64,000 bases of DNA from an uncultured Gammaproteobacteria bacterium. Lineage in GTDB: Bacteria; Patescibacteriota; Microgenomatia; Daviesbacterales; UBA10151. The DNA lies in assembly GCA_964393525.1 (NCBI GenBank), contig CAYMTV010000002.1:23001-87000 (forward strand), in the 5' to 3' direction. The notes below the pieces were generated by a model. It did not search any database. It worked only from the letters and a program-made list of their open reading frames with translations, and was not told the DNA's origin. Positions within the stretch are counted from its first letter, which is position 1. Every line of letters begins with the position of its first letter. The position numbers and the translations under genes are program-made. Below, one piece after another: positions 45,903 to 55,066 of the stretch.

Positions 45903-47065
45903 AAAGTATTCCCCTGGTTGATTTAAAAGCTCAGTATAAAACAATCAAACCAAAGATACATTTAGCGATTAAGAAGGTACTCGATTCATCTTATTTTATA
46001 TTGGGTGATGAAGTTTGGGATTTTGAAAAGAAATTCGCCGAGTATTCTGAAGTAAAATATGCCATTGGTGTAGCCTCGGGGTTAGATGCTTTGGAATTAG
46101 GAATGAGAGCATTAGGGATAGGTGTTGGTGATGAAGTTATAACACCTGCCAACAGTTTTATTGCCTCTAGCTCTGCTATATCTTTTACAGGTGCAACACC
46201 AATATTAGTTGATTGTGAAGAAAACACCTTCAATATAGACCCAGCCAGAATTGAAGAAAAGATAACCAAAAAGACAAAAGCTATTATGCCAGTTCATCTT
46301 TATGGAAGGCCTGCAGATATGGACCAAACTCTAAAGATTGCAAAGAAACATAACTTAATGGTTATTGAAGACGCTTGCCAGGCCCATGGTGCAAGATATA
46401 AAGGAAAACGGGTTGGTTCATTCGGAAATTTTGGAGCTTTTTCTTTTTATCCGGGAAAAAATCTGGGCGCTTATGGAGATGGAGGAATTATTACTACAAA
46501 CAATAAAACGCTTGCCGATACTGTAGCCAAAATGCGCAACTATGGCCAGGCTCAAAAGTACCATCATGATTATCTTGCCTGGAATAGCAGGCTTGATACA
46601 ATCCAAGCCGCAATACTTTTGATTAAATTAAAAAAACTTGATAAATGGAATGGCGGGAGGCGGGAAATTGCTCAAGAATATAACAGGTTACTAAAGAATC
46701 TGCCCATTATTGTACCCGAGATTCCAAAAAACATCGATCATATCTTCCACCTTTATGTAATAAGAACCAAAAATCGTGATGATTTGGCAAAGTATTTAAA
46801 CCAAAAAGGTATCGCAACCGGTTTACATTATCCTATCCCGATCCATTTGCAAAAAGCCTATCAAGACTTAGGTTATAAAAAAGGTGATTTTCCGGTTAGT
46901 GAAAAGCTGGCTGAGGAAATTCTTACCTTGCCAATTTATCCTGAACTTAAAGATTCGGAAGTTGAATATATTGCCATAAGTATAAGACAGTTTTTTAAAT
47001 TTACTAGTTCTTTAAACCCAGTTTTAACAAAAACAGGGGGCGCGCCATTTTCCACCAGTCGATAA
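45899..47065 (+). CDS. DegT/DnrJ/EryC1/StrS aminotransferase (WlbC/FdtB-like)
   Basis: IPLVDL, VHLYG, EDACQAHG, FSFYPGKNLGAYGDGG, NSRLD, HYPIP. Confidence 0.95.
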   Translation: MKSIPLVDLKAQYKTIKPKIHLAIKKVLDSSYFILGDEVWDFEKKFAEYSEVKYAIGVASGLDALELGMRALGIGVGDEVITPANSFIASSSAISFTGATPILVDCEENTFNIDPARIEEKITKKTKAIMPVHLYGRPADMDQTLKIAKKHNLMVIEDACQAHGARYKGKRVGSFGNFGAFSFYPGKNLGAYGDGGIITTNNKTLADTVAKMRNYGQAQKYHHDYLAWNSRLDTIQAAILLIKLKKLDKWNGGRREIAQEYNRLLKNLPIIVPEIPKNIDHIFHLYVIRTKNRDDLAKYLNQKGIATGLHYPIPIHLQKAYQDLGYKKGDFPVSEKLAEEILTLPIYPELKDSEVEYIAISIRQFFKFTSSLNPVLTKTGGAPFSTSR

Positions 47066-47753
47066 CAGGCCTTATTTTTGAATATTTTCTAATACCGGGC
47101 AGATAATCTTTTGATACCGGAACCTCCAGTACTTTATATCCTAGCGTCAACACTTTGTAATGAAGGTAAGTTTCTAACTCATATCTGTCAAGCCAATCCT
47201 GAAAGACATTGATTCTTTTATCTTTAAATAACGATAATTTATATGCCCTGAAACCATTTGATGAATCTGTTGATTTAAATCCCGTTAAAAGATAAACCAT
47301 AAATGTAAATCCTTTAATTAATGTCTTCCTTAATAACGGCAAATTTTTAAAGGATCCTCCTGCCAAAAATCTTGAACCTTGGACATAGTCGAAATTTTCT
47401 TTCAAAATAGGCTTCAAAAGAACTGGTATCTCTAAAGGATTATCTTTTCCATTACCGGCCATAATAACGCAGACATCAAACCGATTTTTTAAACCATAAT
47501 TAATGACTCTTCTAATTGCAGCTCCTACTCCTATATTTTTTGGGCTATTTAATAGCAGGACATTTTTTAGTTTTGATCTTTTTAAAAAATTCTTAATTAT
47601 CTTTTTTGTGTCATCCGTAGATCCATCGTTAACAAACAGTACTTTTACATGAATTTTAAGCTTAAGATTTTCAATTCTGGAGAACAGGTCAGTTATGTTT
47701 TGGGATTCATTATAAAATACAATCCCAATAACGATTTTGGTCTTTATTCTCAT
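47004..47753 (-). CDS. GT2 polyprenol-phosphate glycosyltransferase-like
   Basis: YNE, VNDGSTD, GVGAA, MAGNGKD, VQGSRF, TDSSNGFRAY. Confidence 0.88.
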   Translation of the reverse strand: MRIKTKIVIGIVFYNESQNITDLFSRIENLKLKIHVKVLFVNDGSTDDTKKIIKNFLKRSKLKNVLLLNSPKNIGVGAAIRRVINYGLKNRFDVCVIMAGNGKDNPLEIPVLLKPILKENFDYVQGSRFLAGGSFKNLPLLRKTLIKGFTFMVYLLTGFKSTDSSNGFRAYKLSLFKDKRINVFQDWLDRYELETYLHYKVLTLGYKVLEVPVSKDYLPGIRKYSKIRPVIDWWKMARPLFLLKLGLKN

Positions 47754-47797
47754 GATATAATCCGAGTGCAGCTAAATTCTAAGCTTTTGTTTCTTAA

Positions 47798-49579
47798 ATG
47801 ATTAAACAATTAGCAGCTATTATATTAGTCCTTTTTCTAATTTTAAACTCCTGGAGAAATATTATCACCAATATTAATACCCATCTGCCTAGCTGGTACG
47901 ATGAACTGTTTATAATCTGGATTTACCAAAACAATACCCGCCATTTCTCAGAGTTTGATTTTGCAAATATCTATGAAACAAATGCCCTTTACCCATTCAA
48001 ATATACGCTATCTTTTGCAGAACATATGTATTTTCCCTCCTTACTTGTATTGGTTATAAATTTTTTTACCAAAAGTCCCATTGCTCAATACAATATCTTA
48101 CTAGTACTAAATCACATCTTAATATTTTTATCTTCCCTCCTGTTTTTTAATAGAATCTTTAAAAACTTCTCTGCAGCTTTATTATCGGCATTCTACACCA
48201 GCTATTCGCCATACTTTTTTGTCCAGCTGGGCCATTTTCAGATGGTATTCTTTTGGCCGCTTTTTTTTAGTTTGTATTCTCTTTCCAGTTATTTCGAGAA
48301 AAGGAGAGTCGTACTACTTTTAGCCAGTGGTGTTTTTGCCGGTTTTCAATTTTTATCTTCAGTTTACTTAGGAGTAATTGGGCTGACCATTATTTCTTTA
48401 TGGTTTTTGATTGAGCTAATTACAAAACTTAAAATTTCCTCATTTATATACCTTAAAGAATATTTCCAGACCTTAAAAGAATTTTTCGTAAAATATCTGA
48501 TTTTTTTGTTAACATTTTTTTTAATTTCATTTATTTCAATATACGGATACATACTGGTCAGTAATGAGTATGATATTAAAAGAGAATACGAAGAGTTTCT
48601 AATTTACTCTGCCGATTTGCTTGATTATTTATTTCCTCCAAGAAATCAAAACTCGCTCCTTTATACCTCTGACCTTTTTACTAACTTACAAAATTATAAC
48701 CGGCATATAGAAGGTGAATTTGCCGCCTTTCCCGGAATAATAGCAATGTTTTTTGCGATATATATGATACTGCCAAAAATCAATATCAAGAAAAAAGTCT
48801 TAATTTTCCAGTTTTTATTAGATCAAAGAACCATCTTCTCTGTTGTCTTAATTATGATTGGAGTCATCTTTTCGTTGGGACCAAGACTATTTATAAATGG
48901 CGTATTTTCTGACCTAATCCTTCCGTACGCTGCGGTTTTAAAATCATTTCCCGCATTTGGAATAATAAGGGTACTAGCCAGGTGGTATTTTTTAGTAGTA
49001 CTTGGATTTTCAATATTATTTGGTTTAGGGTATATAACACTGCAGAAAAGACTCTTCAAATTTTACAATCCTGCAAAAAAATTATTTCCTATTCTAATCT
49101 TTTTATTGCTTACAGCTGAGTTTTATTCACTACAACCTTTTGGAAGCATTTATAAAGATTGGTCTGATAATTCATATGAATTTGTAAAAAGGGATATTTG
49201 TAAGAAACAAGGAAGTGTACTTTTAGAGTACCCTTTCCATTATAGAAATTTAGACGCGGATCTCATCAAAGATGTAAATTATATGGCTCAAATTCTTCTA
49301 AACTCAACTCAACATAGATGCAGAATTTTAAGTGGATATTATGGATTTGAGCCACCAAAATATATTAAAATCCGGGATGAATTTGGTAATGGTTTTGACA
49401 AAAAAGACATAAAAATTATAGATGACTTAAATATAGACTATGTTAAATTTAATAACTATGCCATTACAAAGGAAGAAAAAAACTTTATTGAAAAAAATAA
49501 CTTGCTGGCGGGTTTTAAAAAAGTTTATGAGGATAAAAATACTACGATATTAAAAGTTGGACTAAATGGAACTAATTAA
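47798..49579 (+). CDS. Multi-TM GT-C-like protein (YfhO-like)
   Basis: YP, SPY, SADLLDY, FPG, SLGP, PY, IRV.ARW, LLEYP, SGYYGF.P. Paralog of 42378-44153. Confidence 0.7.
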   Translation: MIKQLAAIILVLFLILNSWRNIITNINTHLPSWYDELFIIWIYQNNTRHFSEFDFANIYETNALYPFKYTLSFAEHMYFPSLLVLVINFFTKSPIAQYNILLVLNHILIFLSSLLFFNRIFKNFSAALLSAFYTSYSPYFFVQLGHFQMVFFWPLFFSLYSLSSYFEKRRVVLLLASGVFAGFQFLSSVYLGVIGLTIISLWFLIELITKLKISSFIYLKEYFQTLKEFFVKYLIFLLTFFLISFISIYGYILVSNEYDIKREYEEFLIYSADLLDYLFPPRNQNSLLYTSDLFTNLQNYNRHIEGEFAAFPGIIAMFFAIYMILPKINIKKKVLIFQFLLDQRTIFSVVLIMIGVIFSLGPRLFINGVFSDLILPYAAVLKSFPAFGIIRVLARWYFLVVLGFSILFGLGYITLQKRLFKFYNPAKKLFPILIFLLLTAEFYSLQPFGSIYKDWSDNSYEFVKRDICKKQGSVLLEYPFHYRNLDADLIKDVNYMAQILLNSTQHRCRILSGYYGFEPPKYIKIRDEFGNGFDKKDIKIIDDLNIDYVKFNNYAITKEEKNFIEKNNLLAGFKKVYEDKNTTILKVGLNGTN

Positions 49580-49584
49580 GACAG

Positions 49585-51159
49585 CTATATCGCTGAAAGT
49601 AGCCTTAAAAAATTATTTTTGAATGCCTCAAGCGAATAACTCTCATCAATCTTTTTAAAAATATTTTCCCAGTCAAGTTTCTGATTCTCACTGTTTTGGA
49701 AATAAATTGTATTGCTTACTAACTCCTCAATTTTTTTGAAAAGATTTTTTTCTTTACTCAGCCCAACTTTACTGATAAGCTCAGGCAAACCTCCTCCATT
49801 AAATAAGACTGGGATACACTTAGCGCTTAATGCTTCAATTGGGGCAATCCCAAAGTGCTCAAACCTAACCGGATGCAAACCTTCATCTTCCCCAAAACCT
49901 GTAGCATGCCAATAGATTTTTGACTTTAAATAAATTTCTTCAACTTCTTGCCTTGAGGCATTAAGGTGAAAAAAGACCGGATATCCTTTTGATTTTTCTT
50001 TAAGGTACCTGAAGAATTCGATACTCGTCGGCTCATCGCCTAGCCCTCCCACTAGATGCAGCTCCCAATTTTGCGTGTTTTTGTTACAAAGTTTTTTAAA
50101 TGCTTCAATTAAAATCTCCTGTTTTTTGCCATGACCCAGCGTAAAAAATCTCCCAACCGAACAAATCCAGTTATTTTTCTTAAACTTACCTACCGGATAT
50201 TTTTTAAAAAGCAGATCAACAGGGGGGGCTATCACCTTGGGATCCTTATTCCAATATTTTCTAATCCATCTCAAGGCAAAGTAGGAATAGGTAATAATTG
50301 CTTGATAAGTATTTACCCTTTCAGCAAGATTAACAAAAAGACCAGCTCGGAATCTAGTAATAATTCTTTGTCTAAAATCAGTATACAAAAACTTAGGCAG
50401 TCCGGTTAAGTAAATTTTGGGATAAAAAAGATAGACTTTCTCATCTTCGATATTATGATATCCCTGTAGGTTTTGAAAATCTAAGTTTAGATAAGCAGTC
50501 AAAGATTTTGGCATAAATTTAACTGTAAATTCAAGTGAATTAGTTCCATGGTTTACCAGGACAATTTTATCTATAAGTTGAGCATTATCAAAAGATATTT
50601 TTATATTTTCCAAAAAGCTTTTATAAAAGTTTGTCAAATGAATCTTAAAGGAGGCTTCCTGGATTTTGTTCGGGCTTAAATTTGACAGGGCAAACTTATT
50701 TTTATCTCCCAGCAGGAAAACTGGCTTTGAAGTAATTACAGCAGGTGCTTCAATCTGGCTTAAGAATTCTACAGGTTTAATTAGGCGGGAAAGGATCGGT
50801 AGGAGGAATTTGGTAAATATAAGACCCTTAAGGTTATTATAAAGAGTTGTTGGGAAGTTAACATAGTAAATATTTTTTTTGGCAAAACCGATTGAATAAT
50901 CAAGGAATGAAATATTAATAAATAAGTCTGCATCTTTAACCAATTTCTTCAAAGCAATCTCGTCATTCCAAACTTGCTTGAATTCAATATCTTTGATGTC
51001 AACCCTCAGTTTTTCATAAATAACCTCTTTTGGTACTTCCTTTCCGGAAATAAAAAGAACTTCGTAGCCTTTATCTTTTAAAATCCTGGCTAAATTACAA
51101 GCAACAACCTCTCCGCCTCCTAATGAATGTAACCATTTATCGTAGATTACTGCTTTCAT
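49585..51159 (-). CDS. GT4 glycosyltransferase with an internal inserted domain
   Basis: GGGE, PPVD, SVGRFF..GHGKKQ, YWHATG, EHFGI..IEA. Confidence 0.85.
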   Translation of the reverse strand: MKAVIYDKWLHSLGGGEVVACNLARILKDKGYEVLFISGKEVPKEVIYEKLRVDIKDIEFKQVWNDEIALKKLVKDADLFINISFLDYSIGFAKKNIYYVNFPTTLYNNLKGLIFTKFLLPILSRLIKPVEFLSQIEAPAVITSKPVFLLGDKNKFALSNLSPNKIQEASFKIHLTNFYKSFLENIKISFDNAQLIDKIVLVNHGTNSLEFTVKFMPKSLTAYLNLDFQNLQGYHNIEDEKVYLFYPKIYLTGLPKFLYTDFRQRIITRFRAGLFVNLAERVNTYQAIITYSYFALRWIRKYWNKDPKVIAPPVDLLFKKYPVGKFKKNNWICSVGRFFTLGHGKKQEILIEAFKKLCNKNTQNWELHLVGGLGDEPTSIEFFRYLKEKSKGYPVFFHLNASRQEVEEIYLKSKIYWHATGFGEDEGLHPVRFEHFGIAPIEALSAKCIPVLFNGGGLPELISKVGLSKEKNLFKKIEELVSNTIYFQNSENQKLDWENIFKKIDESYSLEAFKNNFLRLLSAI

Positions 51160-52577
51160 AGAAGATACCAGTCTCCTTTTAGCAGTCTTAAATAGTTTTC
51201 TTTGACAGCTTCTTTATTTCTTGTCCGGCTTCGTCTAATTTTTTCTGCCAGAAGAAACGGTGAATAAACAATAAAGAATACCAATGCTTTAACCATCTGA
51301 ATCCGCCTGAGAAAGTTGGTCTCCCCGCTTTCATTTTTTTTAGATTTTATCCTATAAATAAGGGTTCTGAACCTGAACAAAATCAGAAATAGAGTTAAAA
51401 TGCTGTCTAAACACAGGGAAAAATAGGCTGAGAGAAAAATTTTAAAAGGGAAATTATAATACAAATGAAGCAACCTGCCTTTCTCAACATGGTAGATAAA
51501 AAAAGGAGACCACTCTTTACTAAACAGCGCATGGTGGTGCCTGACTATTGCTTTAGGAGTGTAAACTGATTTAAAGCCGGCAAACCTCGCTCTTTCTGAA
51601 ATTTCAACATCCTCATAGTACATAAAAAAAGATTCGTCCAAATACCCAATTTTATCAAGGATTTTTTTTCTATAAAGCACCGCAGCCCCGCATGCTGCAT
51701 AAACCTCCTTTTCTTTGTCGTATTGATTTAAATCATACTCATGAAACTGTCTATTGCCGCTGACAATTGCACCAATATCCCTTCCGTAGCCATCTTGAAA
51801 AACCATAATTCCTGCATTCTGGATTTTACTTAGTGATTTCTCTGAAATCCTGCGGTTTTTGACTTTAGCGGTTAATTTATACTCAACATCGTCACCGTTT
51901 CTCACAACCTTTGATACTTTTAACCCCCCATTATTAAAGGTAATGATTTTACTTAAATCAATCTGGTCTTTAAGCTTAATTTCCTTTGAATTGAATGATA
52001 TGTTAAACTCAACTACATCATCTAGAAAGGGCTCAAAAGGCAGTTCAATTTCAAAAGAGTTGTCTTTTTTCGAGATAGGTAAATAATATAACCTTGAGTC
52101 AGTACTTTCATACAATTTTGATTTTGACAACCAGGCAAATACAGGTATGAGTTTTGGATTTATCTGGAACCTAACATTAATAAACTTTGGATAAAGGAAT
52201 ATTTTTGAATTAACTGCAAAAATTTTTTCATCGAGAGTTGCTGTTTTTACCAATTGTTTTAGCCAATTTTTCTCAACAACACAATCATTATTTAAGAGTG
52301 CAACATATTCTCCTTTGGCGCTTTTTATGCCAATATTGTTCCCTTTTGAAAAACCTAAGTTTTTGTCTAGATTTATCAGCTTAATATTTTTATGATCCTT
52401 GGCCATTTTAGATAAGATTTCTCGGCTTTTATCTTTCGAATTATTATCAACAACTATAATTTCCAACTTTTCTTTTGGATAATTTAGTTTTAAAAGTGAG
52501 CCAACTACCCCATCAATAACCTTTTCACCAAAGTAATTCAAAACTATTACCGAACAAAAAGGAGTTGATTGTTTCAT
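51156..52577 (-). CDS. GT2 glycosyltransferase with an internal inserted domain
   Basis: VVDNNSKD, NLGFSKGNN, LLNND, then ~120 extra residues, then IQNAG, ACGAA, FFMYYED. Confidence 0.88.
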   Translation of the reverse strand: MKQSTPFCSVIVLNYFGEKVIDGVVGSLLKLNYPKEKLEIIVVDNNSKDKSREILSKMAKDHKNIKLINLDKNLGFSKGNNIGIKSAKGEYVALLNNDCVVEKNWLKQLVKTATLDEKIFAVNSKIFLYPKFINVRFQINPKLIPVFAWLSKSKLYESTDSRLYYLPISKKDNSFEIELPFEPFLDDVVEFNISFNSKEIKLKDQIDLSKIITFNNGGLKVSKVVRNGDDVEYKLTAKVKNRRISEKSLSKIQNAGIMVFQDGYGRDIGAIVSGNRQFHEYDLNQYDKEKEVYAACGAAVLYRKKILDKIGYLDESFFMYYEDVEISERARFAGFKSVYTPKAIVRHHHALFSKEWSPFFIYHVEKGRLLHLYYNFPFKIFLSAYFSLCLDSILTLFLILFRFRTLIYRIKSKKNESGETNFLRRIQMVKALVFFIVYSPFLLAEKIRRSRTRNKEAVKENYLRLLKGDWYLL

Positions 52578-52673
52578 CTTTTAATTAGTTTCCAATCTGA
52601 GTATAACTTTTGGCTTGTTACAAATTCAACTGGATTCTTGTTGAATATTAGAAAATGACATATCATTGTTTTG

Positions 52674-53456
52674 ATGTTGAGACTTTTTTCAACTCCCTTT
52701 ATATCTTTTCGGTACTTACTCTCCCAGCTTACCTTAAGAGAAATTAAAGCTCGCTACAAACAGTCCATTCTGGGATACGCCTGGGTTTTGTTAAATCCGC
52801 TCATACAGCTTTTAGTATATTCTTTTGTATTTTCTATAGTTTTTAAATTCCCGATGGAGAACACCCCATACTCAATCTTTTTATTCATAGGACTTTTGCC
52901 TTGGATATACTTACATACATCACTTTCACAAGCTGCACTGGTTTTAGTTGATAACTCAGATCTTTTGAAAAAAGTCTATTTTCCAAGAGAAATACTGCCT
53001 TACTCTGTGATACTTGCTAAAAGTATTGATCTATTTTTTGCATCAATGCTTTTGATTGCATTTATGTTTTTTTATAAGCTCCCATTTTATCCCAGCATGT
53101 TTATGATAGTTCCAGTTTTTTTAATCCAGGTTATTTTGATGGGTGGTCTAGCACTTTTTTTGTCCGCAGCTAATTTATTCTACAGAGACATCCAGTATTT
53201 AACTAATCTTATACTTTTGATGTGGATGTATTTAACGCCTGTGGTTTACCCATTATCTTTAGTGCCAAAGGATTTCCTTTGGGTTTATAGTCTAAACCCA
53301 ATGGTTGGGATTATCGAGGGTTATAGAGCCGCAATTTTTAATCGACCCCCGGATTATCCTACTATTGTCTGGTCAGTTTTAATATCTTTGATTATATTTA
53401 TCTTTGGTTTTTGGGGATTTAAAAAAAGTGAAAAAGTTTTTGCAGATATTGTCTAA
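52674..53456 (+). CDS. wzm: Polysaccharide ABC exporter permease (Wzm/TagG-like)
   Basis: REIKARYKQSILGYAW, KKVYFPRE, YRD, TPVVYP, LNPM. Confidence 0.9.
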   Translation: MLRLFSTPFISFRYLLSQLTLREIKARYKQSILGYAWVLLNPLIQLLVYSFVFSIVFKFPMENTPYSIFLFIGLLPWIYLHTSLSQAALVLVDNSDLLKKVYFPREILPYSVILAKSIDLFFASMLLIAFMFFYKLPFYPSMFMIVPVFLIQVILMGGLALFLSAANLFYRDIQYLTNLILLMWMYLTPVVYPLSLVPKDFLWVYSLNPMVGIIEGYRAAIFNRPPDYPTIVWSVLISLIIFIFGFWGFKKSEKVFADIV

Positions 53457-53459
53457 ATT

Positions 53460-54194
53460 ATGGATGAAATAGTCATTAAATTAAAAGACATTGTAAAAGA
53501 GTTCTATCTGCAAGATGATAGAACTTTTAAAGAATTCCTGCCTAATCTTCTTTTAGGCAAACCCTGGGCTAGGAAACTTACAGCTTTAGACAATATTTCT
53601 TTTGAGATTGCTCAAGGAGAAACCGTTGGGATTATTGGTAAAAACGGCGCAGGAAAATCTACTTTACTCAAGCTCATTGCAGGTGTGACTACCCCGACAA
53701 AAGGAAGCATTAAAGTAGCTTATAAAGTAGCTCCCTTGATTGAGGTGGGAGCGGGTTTCCACCATGAGCTGACGGGTTTTGAGAATATTTTCTTAAATGC
53801 TGCAATTTTAGGGATGAGTAAGAAAGAAATTGAAGCGATTGTAGGTAAAATAATCGAGTTTAGTGAACTTTCAGATTTTATTCATACTCCTGTTAAAAGA
53901 TATTCAACCGGTATGTACATGCGTTTAGGTTTTGCGGTTGCAATACACGTTAATGCACCAATTTTACTTATTGATGAAGTTTTGGCAGTAGGTGATGCAA
54001 TTTTTCAAAAAAAATGTATAAATGTTTTAAAAAAAATAAAACAGGATAAAGACAAAACAATTGTTTTTGTCAGCCACAATGAAGGGGCTGTAAAAAGTTT
54101 TTGTGAGCGGGTAATACTTTTAGATCATGGAGAGATAGTCAAAGACGGAAATCCGGAAGAAACTTTTAAAAAATACCACGAAATTTCAAGATGA
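53460..54194 (+). CDS. wzt: Polysaccharide ABC exporter ATPase (Wzt/TagH-like), without a C-terminal binding domain
   Basis: GKNGAGKST, YSTGM, LIDEVLAVGD, VSH; 244 aa. Confidence 0.92.
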   Translation: MDEIVIKLKDIVKEFYLQDDRTFKEFLPNLLLGKPWARKLTALDNISFEIAQGETVGIIGKNGAGKSTLLKLIAGVTTPTKGSIKVAYKVAPLIEVGAGFHHELTGFENIFLNAAILGMSKKEIEAIVGKIIEFSELSDFIHTPVKRYSTGMYMRLGFAVAIHVNAPILLIDEVLAVGDAIFQKKCINVLKKIKQDKDKTIVFVSHNEGAVKSFCERVILLDHGEIVKDGNPEETFKKYHEISR

Positions 54195-54195
54195 A

Positions 54196-55065
54196 ATGGA
54201 AACTCAAATTATTAAACTTTACGTTTTGGCAGGTTTGAAAAAAATTTTAAGACCAATTGGTTCGGTACCCTTAGCTAGAAATCTTTATCCTATCTTAAGC
54301 GAATTCCTTAAAAACCACGGGGAAGTAATTGTTAATATTAAAGATCTTTGGAATTTTAAGATGTATTTAAATGTAACTGATGTAGGGCTAAGCCATATGT
54401 TACTCCTAAACGGGGAATATGAGAAACATGAAACCATACTACTTAAAAACTTAATTAAAAAGGGAGATGTTTTCTTAGATGTTGGAGCTAATTTTGGTTA
54501 TTATACCCTGCTGGCCTCAAAGTTGGTAGGTAAAACAGGAAAAGTTTTTTCTTTTGAACCGGACCCTTATAATTTTTCCATCCTGCAAAGAAATATTAAA
54601 ATAAACAACTGCGCTAATGTTTTATGCGTTAATAAAGCTGTTGGAGAAAGAGATGAAAAAATTTATTTCTACATAGATGCCGATAATCTTGGTCGGCACA
54701 ATATTATCTCAAATTGGAGTAACCATAAATTAAGTGTTGATAAAATCAGTTTAGATAATTTCTTTCAAAAAGGCATTAGGGTGGATCTTGTAAAAATTGA
54801 TATTGAAGGAGTGGAGGAACTTGCGATTTCAGGAATGAAAAAAATTATCCAGACTAACAAGCAAATCAAACTATTAATTGAATTTTTCCCGGAAAGGATA
54901 AGGCAAAATAAATTAAACCCAAATAATTTAAACAAACTTATTAACTCGTTTGGCTTCTCTATTTATGAAGTCAGACAATCAGGAATAACAAAAACTTCCT
55001 TTAATGAAGTTCTCAAAAGGACACGGGGAAAAGGCGAATTAATGAATATATTGCTGAAGATGTAA
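54196..55065 (+). CDS. FkbM-family SAM methyltransferase
   Basis: YE, FLDVGANFGYY, FEPDP, VKIDIEG.E. Confidence 0.92.
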   Translation: METQIIKLYVLAGLKKILRPIGSVPLARNLYPILSEFLKNHGEVIVNIKDLWNFKMYLNVTDVGLSHMLLLNGEYEKHETILLKNLIKKGDVFLDVGANFGYYTLLASKLVGKTGKVFSFEPDPYNFSILQRNIKINNCANVLCVNKAVGERDEKIYFYIDADNLGRHNIISNWSNHKLSVDKISLDNFFQKGIRVDLVKIDIEGVEELAISGMKKIIQTNKQIKLLIEFFPERIRQNKLNPNNLNKLINSFGFSIYEVRQSGITKTSFNEVLKRTRGKGELMNILLKM

Positions 55066-55066
55066 T

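Noticed and set aside
50320-52190. Inteins in the GT4 and GT2 insertions
   Set aside because: No N-terminal Cys/Ser block, no C-terminal HN-(C/S/T), and no LAGLIDADG motif.
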